NCBI RefSeq assembly: GCF_000020385.1
Contig: NC_010814.1
Location: forward strand, 3,000,001 to 3,032,000
Length of the DNA: 32,000 nt
From: Trichlorobacter lovleyi SZ
GTDB taxonomy: Bacteria; Desulfobacterota; Desulfuromonadia; Geobacterales; Pseudopelobacteraceae
Direction: 5' to 3'
A program made the position numbers and the translations under genes. A model generated the notes under the pieces. The model was not told the DNA's origin. It saw only the letters and a program-made list of their open reading frames with translations, and searched no databases. Shown here piece after piece: positions 18,360-25,873 of the stretch. Position 1 is the stretch's first letter. Each line of letters starts with the position of its first letter.

Positions 18360-18798
18360 GTGCTAACTCCTTAATCAAAATACGACGTTCGCGTCCCTTG
18401 GGACAGATGATGCGCAAGACCCCGCGGCTGTACTCGGCATGTATGTGAGTGGGATCAACCAGATCCGGCAGCCTGACGGTGCGCCGCAGCCGGCCGAAGT
18501 GGCGTTCAAGACAGAGGTACCGCACCTGATCACACGGCGGTTCAGACAATTTTTCCACCTGGATTACGCAGACCATGCCACGTTGCGTCAGACTGATATT
18601 CTCAGGACTGATGCCGGGCAGGTCAAACTCCAGCACAAGATCACGGTCGGTTTCATAAATATCCATGGCTGCGCTCAGGCTGCCCTCATCCTCAGCTGCC
18701 AGCCGTGGGTCAAGGGTGCGCATGAGAGAGCGCATCTCATCAAGGTGCCGGTTGTACTGCCCTGCAAACGACGGTTTCCTGCCCCCGGAATGTGGCAT
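18352..18798 (-). CDS. Hsp20/alpha-crystallin family small heat-shock protein (148 aa)
   Basis: Alpha-crystallin domain: DIYETDRDLVLEFDLPGISPENISL...ERHFGRLRRTVRLP..VDPTHIHAEYSRGVLRI. I chose the ATG at 18798, which gives a typical length. The longer 18876 start would overlap the putative promoter. Confidence 0.8.
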   Translation of the reverse strand: MPHSGGRKPSFAGQYNRHLDEMRSLMRTLDPRLAAEDEGSLSAAMDIYETDRDLVLEFDLPGISPENISLTQRGMVCVIQVEKLSEPPCDQVRYLCLERHFGRLRRTVRLPDLVDPTHIHAEYSRGVLRIICPKGRERRILIKELARE

Positions 18799-18859
18799 GG
18801 TGTCACCTGTTACTGGCTGATTAAAAAAACAAAAGCAGACTGGTATGGTATCTTTTGAA

Positions 18860-18890
18860 AGATGTAACCATTCCACTGCTGAAAGTCAAG
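18860..18890 (-). promoter_or_regulatory. Candidate heat-shock (sigma32-like) or sigma70 promoter of hsp20-lon
   Basis: Minus strand CTTGACT (18890-18884), 16-nt spacer, TTACATCT (18867-18860). Compare E. coli sigma32 CTTGAAA-N13-15-CCCCATNT; only the CAT.T core of the -10 matches. Also readable as sigma70 TTGACT-17-TACATC. Confidence 0.25.
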
Positions 18891-18988
18891 CTGCAGCCCA
18901 AAGATCTCCGACGAAAAAGTCGTTGACATTTACTGCCGCTTTACAGGAAAGTCAGCCCATTCTTTACTAAACAAGGAGTTGTTTTAAT

Positions 18989-19198
18989 ATGGAACTGAAA
19001 ACAAAAATCTGGATGACCGGATCATTGGACTGGTTCGGCTTTATTGATGATGAAGAGGTCTTTCTGGGACACCGCAACTTCCCGAACCCGCCTGAAGAGG
19101 GGGATGCCTGGACCTGTGAGAGTGGGGACATGTTCAAAATCATTGATGGTGAAATCAAAAAGGTCGGTCATACCGAGCCACCAAAAAAATACTGGTAG
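18989..19198 (+). CDS. Hypothetical small protein (69 aa)
   Basis: ATG at 18989 with AAGGAG 11 nt upstream. Followed by a strong hairpin terminator. Visibly lower GC than its neighbours. I recognise no family (MELKTKIWMTGSLDWFGFIDDEEVFLGHRNFPNPPEEGDAWTCESGDMFKIIDGEIKKVGHTEPPKKYW). Confidence 0.5.
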   Translation: MELKTKIWMTGSLDWFGFIDDEEVFLGHRNFPNPPEEGDAWTCESGDMFKIIDGEIKKVGHTEPPKKYW

Positions 19199-19226
19199 TA
19201 CTGACTTCAACACACGGCGTTATCCA

Positions 19227-19261
19227 AAACCGGCCTGTTGTCACCGACAGCAGGCCGGTTT
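19227..19261. terminator. Bidirectional intrinsic terminator shared by the small ORF (+) and the metallophosphoesterase (-)
   Basis: AAACCGGCCTGTTGTC-acc-GACAGCAGGCCGGTTT: a 16-bp stem (one G-U) with a 3-nt loop. A-run on the left and T-run on the right. Overlaps the minus-strand stop codon at 19260-19262. Confidence 0.75.
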
Positions 19262-20399
19262 ACTTTCCGTCAGGCTCAAGATCGATCACGGTCAGCTCCG
19301 GCGGTGCCAGAAATCTGATCGGTGGCCCCCAGGTGCCGGTACCGCGGCTGACATACAGACGGCTGCCATCAGCCAGCTGATTCATCCCGGCCCGCACCGG
19401 AAAATTAAGCCAGGTAAGCAGATTAAACGGAAAGATCTGTCCTTTATGCACATGCCCGGAAAGCTGCAGATCAAACCGCCCGATACTTTGCCGCTCCACT
19501 ACCGGGCGATGTTTGAGCAGCAGCACAAAACGGTCGAGGGGGATCGTGTCCAATAGACGCCTCTCATCTGCCAACCCGTTTTTACCAAACCGTTTCGCAG
19601 CAGCATCGTCCACTCCCACCAGAGCCAGATGCTCGCCGACCAGCATGGTTTGATCCTGCAGCAGACGAAAACCTGACAGCTCCAGAAACCGGCGGGACGA
19701 ACCGAGACCGGCGTAATACTCGTGGTTGCCCAGCACGGCCACCATCCCCAGCGGCGGTTGCAGCTCACGCAGCATCTGCGAAACGCCATCCAGATGACTG
19801 ATGTGGCCATCGACAATATCACCGGTGGCAACCACCAGATCAGGTTGCAGCCCTTTCAGTACCGTCACAAGTTGCTGCACCTGATGTGGGCCGACGATCA
19901 GACCGATATGCAGGTCCGAGATCTGGGCAATCCTCACCCTGGCTACCCCTCCGGGCAGTTTGGAACTTGCCACGCGCTGATGCTCAACCTTCAGATGACC
20001 TGCCTCAAACCAGCCATACACGCTGATCAGCAGAGTAAGACCAAAGCAACAGAGAAAACCGGGGCGAGCGGCCAACAGTGTAAAATCAGGCAACCGCAGG
20101 AAGAAGTGGGCAGACCAATACAGCAGGCGCAGCAGCTCCAGCAGTACTGACAGGGAAACGAACAAAAACAACAGCCCCATCCAGCTGTAACCGATGTAGG
20201 CGGTCAGGGATGCAGCAGTGGTCTGCCCTTCCCGCTCCAACAGGCGGCTCAGCACCGGCGCAGCCACCATCAACAGGCACCAGCCGATCGGGAACAGCCA
20301 CCAGCTCTGCAGCACCGGAAAGGCCTGAAGCAGACGCAGCGCAAACCAGGTGTGGGCTGTTCCGTAGATCAGCAGAAAAACAAGCAGAAACAGGGTCAT
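19260..20399 (-). CDS. Membrane-anchored metallophosphoesterase (calcineurin-like; N-terminal TM helices)
   Basis: Motifs: ISDLHIG, ATGDIVDG, LGNHEY, and GHVH near the C-terminus. About 150 aa of hydrophobic N-terminus. I chose the ATG at 20399 (MTLFLLVFLLIYG...) over the track's TTG at 20438. Confidence 0.8.
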   Translation of the reverse strand: MTLFLLVFLLIYGTAHTWFALRLLQAFPVLQSWWLFPIGWCLLMVAAPVLSRLLEREGQTTAASLTAYIGYSWMGLLFLFVSLSVLLELLRLLYWSAHFFLRLPDFTLLAARPGFLCCFGLTLLISVYGWFEAGHLKVEHQRVASSKLPGGVARVRIAQISDLHIGLIVGPHQVQQLVTVLKGLQPDLVVATGDIVDGHISHLDGVSQMLRELQPPLGMVAVLGNHEYYAGLGSSRRFLELSGFRLLQDQTMLVGEHLALVGVDDAAAKRFGKNGLADERRLLDTIPLDRFVLLLKHRPVVERQSIGRFDLQLSGHVHKGQIFPFNLLTWLNFPVRAGMNQLADGSRLYVSRGTGTWGPPIRFLAPPELTVIDLEPDGK

Positions 20400-20467
20400 G
20401 GTTTTCTGGTCCCCCCAGCACTTTCTTCTTGTCACCAAGCCATGGCTGAAAGATACTGCTCATCATC

Positions 20468-22744
20468 GTGACTACCACAGAGATCAAATATACTCAACAA
20501 AATCAGACCGTATCCGGCAAACAGCCCGCCACTGTGGAAGTTGCTGTTCCGCTCCCCCTCGATACCACCTTTCACTACCGGGTGCCTGAGGATCTTGCCC
20601 CACGGATACAACCTGGGGTGCGCGTCTTTGTCCCGTTCGGCAGACGTAAGGTAACTGCGTATGTATTGCGTTTCAGCACGCCTCCTGAGGGGCAGCAGCT
20701 GAAAGGCTTGCTGGATGTACTGGACCCTGAACCGCTCTGGACCGAAGCAGAGCTGACCTTCTTCCAGTGGATTGCCGACTACTACCTGCATCCCCTGGGG
20801 GAGGTGCTCAAGACCGCCCTGCCCACCGGCATCAACCTGCAAAGCCGCAGCAGTGTCGATGGAGAAGCGGTAAGCGGCGGCAAAAAAGTCCGGCACGAGC
20901 GGGTCTTCAGCGCACTGCCTGCTGATGCCCCTGTAAAACTCAGGGGCAAGGGACTGGATATCCTCGCCTTTCTACGTCAGTCCGGATCGGTTTCATCAGC
21001 AGAACTTAAGGTGCGCTTTGGTGAATGCAGCCCCAACCTGCGGCGGTTGGTGGAGTTGGGGCTGGTCCGGATGAGCGAACATGAAGTGTACCGCGACCCG
21101 TTTGCCGGCCTGAGCGTGACAAAGGACTCCCCGAAACCGCTGACCCTGCACCAGCAGCAGGCCCTGACAACCATCCTGACCGCCCTGGATAGCAGATATT
21201 TTTCCCCGTTTCTGCTGCATGGTATTACCGGCAGCGGCAAGACAGAAGTCTACCTGCAGGGAATCGCCCACACCCTGGCTGCAGGCAGGAATGCCCTGGT
21301 GCTGGTGCCTGAAATATCACTGACCCCCCAGCTGGTGCAGCGTTTTCGTGCCCGCTTTTGTGATGGTATTGCCGTGCTGCACAGCGCCCTTTCCGATGGT
21401 GAACGTTATGATGAATGGCGCCGTATCCGGCGCGGTGAAGTACGGATCGTGATCGGTGCCCGCTCTGCCATCTTTGCCCCGCTGGAACGGATCGGCATCA
21501 TTGTGGTGGATGAGGAACATGAGGCCTCCTTTAAACAGTCCGACGGCCTGCGTTACAATGCCCGTGACCTGGCCCTGGTGCGGGGACAACAGGAGCAGGC
21601 AGTGGTGCTGCTTGGCTCTGCCACACCGTTGATCACCACCCGCTTTGCAGCCCAACAGGGGAAACTGGGCTACCTGTCACTGCCGGAGCGGGTCGGTAAC
21701 CGGCCGCTACCTGCAACCAGTATCATCAACACCCGCATGACGGCCGAATCACCACTCTCGCCCCAATTGATCGAGGCACTGGCAGACAACCTGGAACGGG
21801 GCGAGCAAAGCCTGCTGTTCCTGAACCGGCGCGGCTTTGCCAGCTGGCTGGTCTGTCCTGCCTGCGGGGCTGATCTGCAATGCCCCAACTGTTCAGTCTC
21901 CCTGACCTACCATCGCCAGCGTAGAAAGAGCCTCTGCCATTACTGCGACTACCAAGTGCCGGCCCCCTGTATCTGCCCTTCCTGCGGTGAGCTGGAACTG
22001 AAAGAGATGGGCGTCGGTACCGAACGGATTGAGCATGAACTGCTGGAACAGTTTCCTGGAGCCCGGATTGCACGGATGGACAGCGATACTACCAGTGGCA
22101 AGGGAGGTCATGCCCGGATACTGGACAAAGTTGGACGTGGTGAGGTGGATATCCTGGTGGGAACCCAGATGATCGCCAAGGGGCACGATTTTCCCGGCGT
22201 GACCCTGGTTGGTGTACTCCAGGCAGAAGGCAGCCTCTACCTGCCGGACTTCAGGGCCACAGAGCGTACCTTTCAGGTGCTTTCGCAGGTAATTGGACGG
22301 GCCGGTCGGGGAGAGCTGCCGGGACGGGTACTGCTGCAGGCCATGACACCGGACCATTACGGCATTGCCTACGCAGCTGATCATGACTTTGAACGGTTCT
22401 ATCAGGAAGAGTTGTTATTCCGGCAGGAGCTGAACTATCCACCCTATGGTTTTCTGGCGGCAATAAAACTCTCTGCCACCAGCGAAAAGAGCCTGACTTC
22501 AGCAGCCGAGCAGTCTGCCGCAGTACTACGCAGCATCAAGAGCAGGCTTGGGTTGCGGGTTGAAATCCTGGGACCGGCACCGGCGCCACTGTACCGGTTG
22601 CGGGGGCGTTTTCGTCAGCAGATTCTTTTGAAGGACTCCAGCCGGGCAGCACTGCGTCGCCTGCTCATCGCCTACCGCAGAGAGCAGTCCCTGCCGGCAA
22701 CCGTCAGAATGGCGATTGATATCGATCCGGTAGATTTGCTGTAA
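20468..22744 (+). CDS. priA: Primosomal protein N' / replication restart helicase PriA (758 aa)
   Basis: Walker A GITGSGKTEVY, DEEH box, and the Cys-rich insertion CPACGADLQCPNCSVSLTYH...CHYCDY...CPSCG. GTG start with a poor RBS, so the exact start is uncertain. Confidence 0.93.
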   Translation: MTTTEIKYTQQNQTVSGKQPATVEVAVPLPLDTTFHYRVPEDLAPRIQPGVRVFVPFGRRKVTAYVLRFSTPPEGQQLKGLLDVLDPEPLWTEAELTFFQWIADYYLHPLGEVLKTALPTGINLQSRSSVDGEAVSGGKKVRHERVFSALPADAPVKLRGKGLDILAFLRQSGSVSSAELKVRFGECSPNLRRLVELGLVRMSEHEVYRDPFAGLSVTKDSPKPLTLHQQQALTTILTALDSRYFSPFLLHGITGSGKTEVYLQGIAHTLAAGRNALVLVPEISLTPQLVQRFRARFCDGIAVLHSALSDGERYDEWRRIRRGEVRIVIGARSAIFAPLERIGIIVVDEEHEASFKQSDGLRYNARDLALVRGQQEQAVVLLGSATPLITTRFAAQQGKLGYLSLPERVGNRPLPATSIINTRMTAESPLSPQLIEALADNLERGEQSLLFLNRRGFASWLVCPACGADLQCPNCSVSLTYHRQRRKSLCHYCDYQVPAPCICPSCGELELKEMGVGTERIEHELLEQFPGARIARMDSDTTSGKGGHARILDKVGRGEVDILVGTQMIAKGHDFPGVTLVGVLQAEGSLYLPDFRATERTFQVLSQVIGRAGRGELPGRVLLQAMTPDHYGIAYAADHDFERFYQEELLFRQELNYPPYGFLAAIKLSATSEKSLTSAAEQSAAVLRSIKSRLGLRVEILGPAPAPLYRLRGRFRQQILLKDSSRAALRRLLIAYRREQSLPATVRMAIDIDPVDLL

Positions 22745-22755
22745 GCCAGGAGATT

Positions 22756-23604
22756 TCAGGCAGTAAATGCCGAATAGTACTGCTTTACCTTGACCAGGTA
22801 CTCCCGGGTTTCTCGGGGGAGGCGGTCAGGCTTGCGATCCACATTACCCGGCCCCCAGTTATAGGCTGCCAGGGCGGAATCAAGATCACCGTTGTATCTG
22901 TCCAGCAGCCCTTTTAAAAACCGGGTGCCCGCCATCACATTCTGTTCCGGATCAAAGGAGTTGCTGACCCCCAGCCCGCGGGCCGTGGCAGGCATCAGCT
23001 GCATCAGGCCCTGCGCCCCGGCAGAGGAGACCGCGCGAGGGTTAAAGTTGCTCTCTGCCTTGATGACAGCCTTGATCAACCCTGCATCGACCCCATAGCG
23101 CTGTGAGGCCTTGGCTATGGTCTGCTCAATGTTAACTGCCGGAGACGCGTCAGGGAACCGGGGCGAACGGCGTTCCACCTGCTCCGGGGCTCTGGGACCG
23201 GGATCGGGTTCCTGCTCAGGCAATGCCTGTCTATTCGTTTGGCCTGCAGGGAGGGTTGCTGTGCCAGCCAGATTTGCCAGATAGCTGTTCAGGGGAGACA
23301 TGGCCGACGTCACTCCGGAAACAGACAAAGAAGCAAGAGGCAGCGCCGTGCCGTTATCGGCCTCGTGCTGGTCTGCCAGCAGCTCCAGTGAACTGCGCAG
23401 GGTGGTCAGCTGCAGCAGCTCTGCGGCATGCTGCACCGACTCGGGAGATGCCTCCGCAGGCACCGCACCGCGGTCAATTGCTGCATCCAGCCGTTCCGAA
23501 AAGCGGGACGAGACCGTGCTTACGGTCTGCTCCGCTGCCGGGCGGGACTGTTCCCGCAGCATGCTCTGCAATAACGACATTGTCTGGGTTGCATTGATCG
23601 ACAT
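22756..23604 (-). CDS. Lytic transglycosylase (C-terminal SLT domain) with a ~180-aa non-hydrophobic N-terminal region
   Basis: SLT motifs: IKAESNFNPRAVSSAGAQGLMQLMPATA...AAYNWGPGNV. Strong GGGGAGG 5 nt upstream of the ATG at 23604. No signal peptide or TM segment in MSINATQTMSLLQSMLREQSRPAAEQ... Starts 14 nt after the stop of the sigma54 activator. Confidence 0.8.
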   Translation of the reverse strand: MSINATQTMSLLQSMLREQSRPAAEQTVSTVSSRFSERLDAAIDRGAVPAEASPESVQHAAELLQLTTLRSSLELLADQHEADNGTALPLASLSVSGVTSAMSPLNSYLANLAGTATLPAGQTNRQALPEQEPDPGPRAPEQVERRSPRFPDASPAVNIEQTIAKASQRYGVDAGLIKAVIKAESNFNPRAVSSAGAQGLMQLMPATARGLGVSNSFDPEQNVMAGTRFLKGLLDRYNGDLDSALAAYNWGPGNVDRKPDRLPRETREYLVKVKQYYSAFTA

Positions 23605-23618
23605 ACGTACCTCCCCGT

Positions 23619-25019
23619 TCAGGGGAACTGCAGGTTTTTCTTCTTAAGCTTCTCAATCAGGGTTGTCCGTTTCAGGTTCAGAAGGGCTGCGGCCTCTTTC
23701 TTGTTACCGCCGGTACGGTGCAGGGCCTGCATGATCAGGCCGTTCTCGAAGGCGTCAACGGCACTGTTCAGACAGATTCCTTCCGGCGGCAGCTCCTTGC
23801 CGACAGGGACAGAACCGGAAACTGACAGCGGCGGCGCTACAACCGTACGGGGGGCCAGGTATTTTTCCGGCAGATCATCCACCGTGATAAACCCGCTCTC
23901 CTTCATAGTGATCATCCGCTCCACCAGGTTTTCAAGCTCCCGCACATTGCCCGGCCAATCGTAGTTACAGAGCATCTCAAGCGCCTCGCGGGTAAAGCCT
24001 TTGACCAGACGCCGACGATCACGGTTAAACTGTCCCTGAAAGTGATTGATCAGCAGCGGAATGTCTTCACGCCGGTCTCGCAGGGGAGGAATCGTAATCG
24101 GAATTACCGAAAGCCGGTAGTAGAGATCCTCCCTGAAATCACGGGTCGCCACCTGTTCATCCAGATTCTTATTGGATGCGGCAATAATCCGGACATCCAC
24201 CTTCTGGGAACGGGTTGATCCAACCGGTTCAAACTCCTTGGCCTGCAGCACCCGCAGCAGTTTGACCTGCAGGGTCGCCTTCATATCACCGATTTCATCC
24301 AGAAAGAGGGTTCCTTTGTCAGCCATCTCAAACCGGCCGATCCGATTGGCATAGGCACCGGTGAATGACCCTTTCACATGCCCGAACAGCTCACTCTCCA
24401 GCAGGTCATCCGGAATGGCTGCACAGTTAACCGGCACAAAATTTTTGCTGCTCCGGCTTGAAAGCTGGTGTATTGCCCGAGCTGCAAGTTCCTTGCCGGT
24501 TCCGGACTCTCCCTGAATCAGGACCGTCGCGCTGGATTCCGCGACCTTCTCAATCATCTCAAACAGATTAAGCATCTGGCGGCTTCTGCCAATGATGGTG
24601 GAGCAAAGAAAATGAGGGTATTCATCAACCGGCTGCTCCGGCATCCGCACTTTCAGGGCCTGGTACTCCAGTGCCCGCATCACCACGCTTTCAAGCTCAT
24701 CAAGGTTAAGCGGTTTAGGCAGAAATATCAGCCGTTCATCATGGGGCAGCGTACGGGCAGCGTCAGATTGGGCATAAACGATCGCTACCTGTTCGGGGTC
24801 AGTCTGCCAAATCTGCTGCAGTGCATCACCGGACCTGGCAAACAGAGATACCAGATCAGCAACCAGTATCCGTGGCGACGTTGTCCGGTCCGTGTCAAAA
24901 AGATCTGCATTATCATCGAGAATAACGGTCTCGTAGCCTTTATATGTCAGAAAAGCTGACACAAGATCACGGGTTTTACGATCACCATCCAGCACCCTGA
25001 ACGAGCTTTTCACAGTCAT
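23619..25019 (-). CDS. Sigma54-dependent enhancer-binding protein with an atypical N-terminal receiver domain (NtrC family, 466 aa)
   Basis: AAA+ core: [30 protein letters not shown] (GAFTGA variant), FLDEIGDM. C-terminal Fis-type [27 protein letters not shown]. The receiver-like N-terminus keeps a candidate phospho-Asp (RILVADL) and the Lys (FLPKP), but beta1 reads LDGD rather than DD/DE. Confidence 0.88.
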   Translation of the reverse strand: MTVKSSFRVLDGDRKTRDLVSAFLTYKGYETVILDDNADLFDTDRTTSPRILVADLVSLFARSGDALQQIWQTDPEQVAIVYAQSDAARTLPHDERLIFLPKPLNLDELESVVMRALEYQALKVRMPEQPVDEYPHFLCSTIIGRSRQMLNLFEMIEKVAESSATVLIQGESGTGKELAARAIHQLSSRSSKNFVPVNCAAIPDDLLESELFGHVKGSFTGAYANRIGRFEMADKGTLFLDEIGDMKATLQVKLLRVLQAKEFEPVGSTRSQKVDVRIIAASNKNLDEQVATRDFREDLYYRLSVIPITIPPLRDRREDIPLLINHFQGQFNRDRRRLVKGFTREALEMLCNYDWPGNVRELENLVERMITMKESGFITVDDLPEKYLAPRTVVAPPLSVSGSVPVGKELPPEGICLNSAVDAFENGLIMQALHRTGGNKKEAAALLNLKRTTLIEKLKKKNLQFP

Positions 25020-25316
25020 AACAACCCCTTAAACCAAACAAAGCATATTTTGCCCTGAATAGGGGTCTAGTATACGGCGCAACCGCATCCCATGTCAATT
25101 AACTGACCCACAGCTCTAGATGAGCAATTTATAATATTTAGCAACCAACAATAAAAACAAACATTCTGTTCGCCTCAAGCTTGCACCGGTACGGCTTGCA
25201 TGATACATATACACGATCTCAGCCTTCATCATGCCAGTTGATAGAATTACATCCATATGTGCAGTAATCGTCGTACAAATTAACCTTTAAAAGTCTCATC
25301 CAGAAGGAGGTTGCCC

Positions 25317-25823
25317 ATGTCTAATGCCCTAGTGCCGATGAATGCCAACGAGGCACGCGCAGGTGACCATGGCGAACTGATTCAGTTGGTCAGCTTTAAC
25401 CTGGACAACGAAGAATATGGCGTTGACGTCCTGAAGGTACGTGAAATCATCAGAATGCCCAGTATCACCAGGGTCCCCAACACCCCGCACTATGTTGAAG
25501 GCGTGATCAACCTGCGTGGCAAGGTTATTCCGATCATCAACATGCGTCGCCGTTTTGGCCTGGTTGAGGTGGAATACGACAAACAGACCCGCATCATGGT
25601 CATGGATGTTGAAGGTGAGCTGATGGGATTCATCGTGGATGCCGTCTCAGAGGTCATCCGGATATCCAGCAGCGAAATCCAGCCTTCCCCGGCCGTCGTA
25701 ACCAGCGGTATTGACCAGGAGTGCATTGCCGGGGTTATCAACCAGGCCGAGCGCCTGCTGGTCCTGCTTGATCTGCAGAAGATGTTCTCCCAGGATGAGC
25801 GTCAGCTTTTCAGTACTATGTAG
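25317..25823 (+). CDS. cheW: Chemotaxis coupling protein CheW
   Basis: Single CheW-like domain (LVSFNLDNEEYGVDVLKVREI...VINLRGKVIPIINMRRRFGL). ATG at 25317 is 6 nt after GAAGGAGG; the track starts 6 nt earlier at a TTG. Confidence 0.9.
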   Translation: MSNALVPMNANEARAGDHGELIQLVSFNLDNEEYGVDVLKVREIIRMPSITRVPNTPHYVEGVINLRGKVIPIINMRRRFGLVEVEYDKQTRIMVMDVEGELMGFIVDAVSEVIRISSSEIQPSPAVVTSGIDQECIAGVINQAERLLVLLDLQKMFSQDERQLFSTM

Positions 25824-25873
25824 CAACATGCGCTGTTACCTTTCACTACCATCTCAGCACGGCGAGGTGAGCA

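Noticed and set aside
18340-18365. CIRCE/HrcA operator near the hsp20-lon junction (TTAGCAC string)
   Set aside because: Only one half-site-like heptamer is present, there is no GAGTGCTAA partner 9 nt away, and it lies within coding sequence.
20432-20896. 154-aa minus-strand ORF overlapping the priA 5' region
   Set aside because: It is antisense to the conserved PriA N-terminus, has no SD, and would overlap the phosphoesterase start region. It is a shadow ORF.
25179-25200. Sigma54 (-24/-12) promoter for the che operon at TTGCACcggtacggCTTGCA
   Set aside because: No GG-N10-GC alignment works: the spacing is 2 nt short or 4 nt long. I kept it only as a direct repeat.
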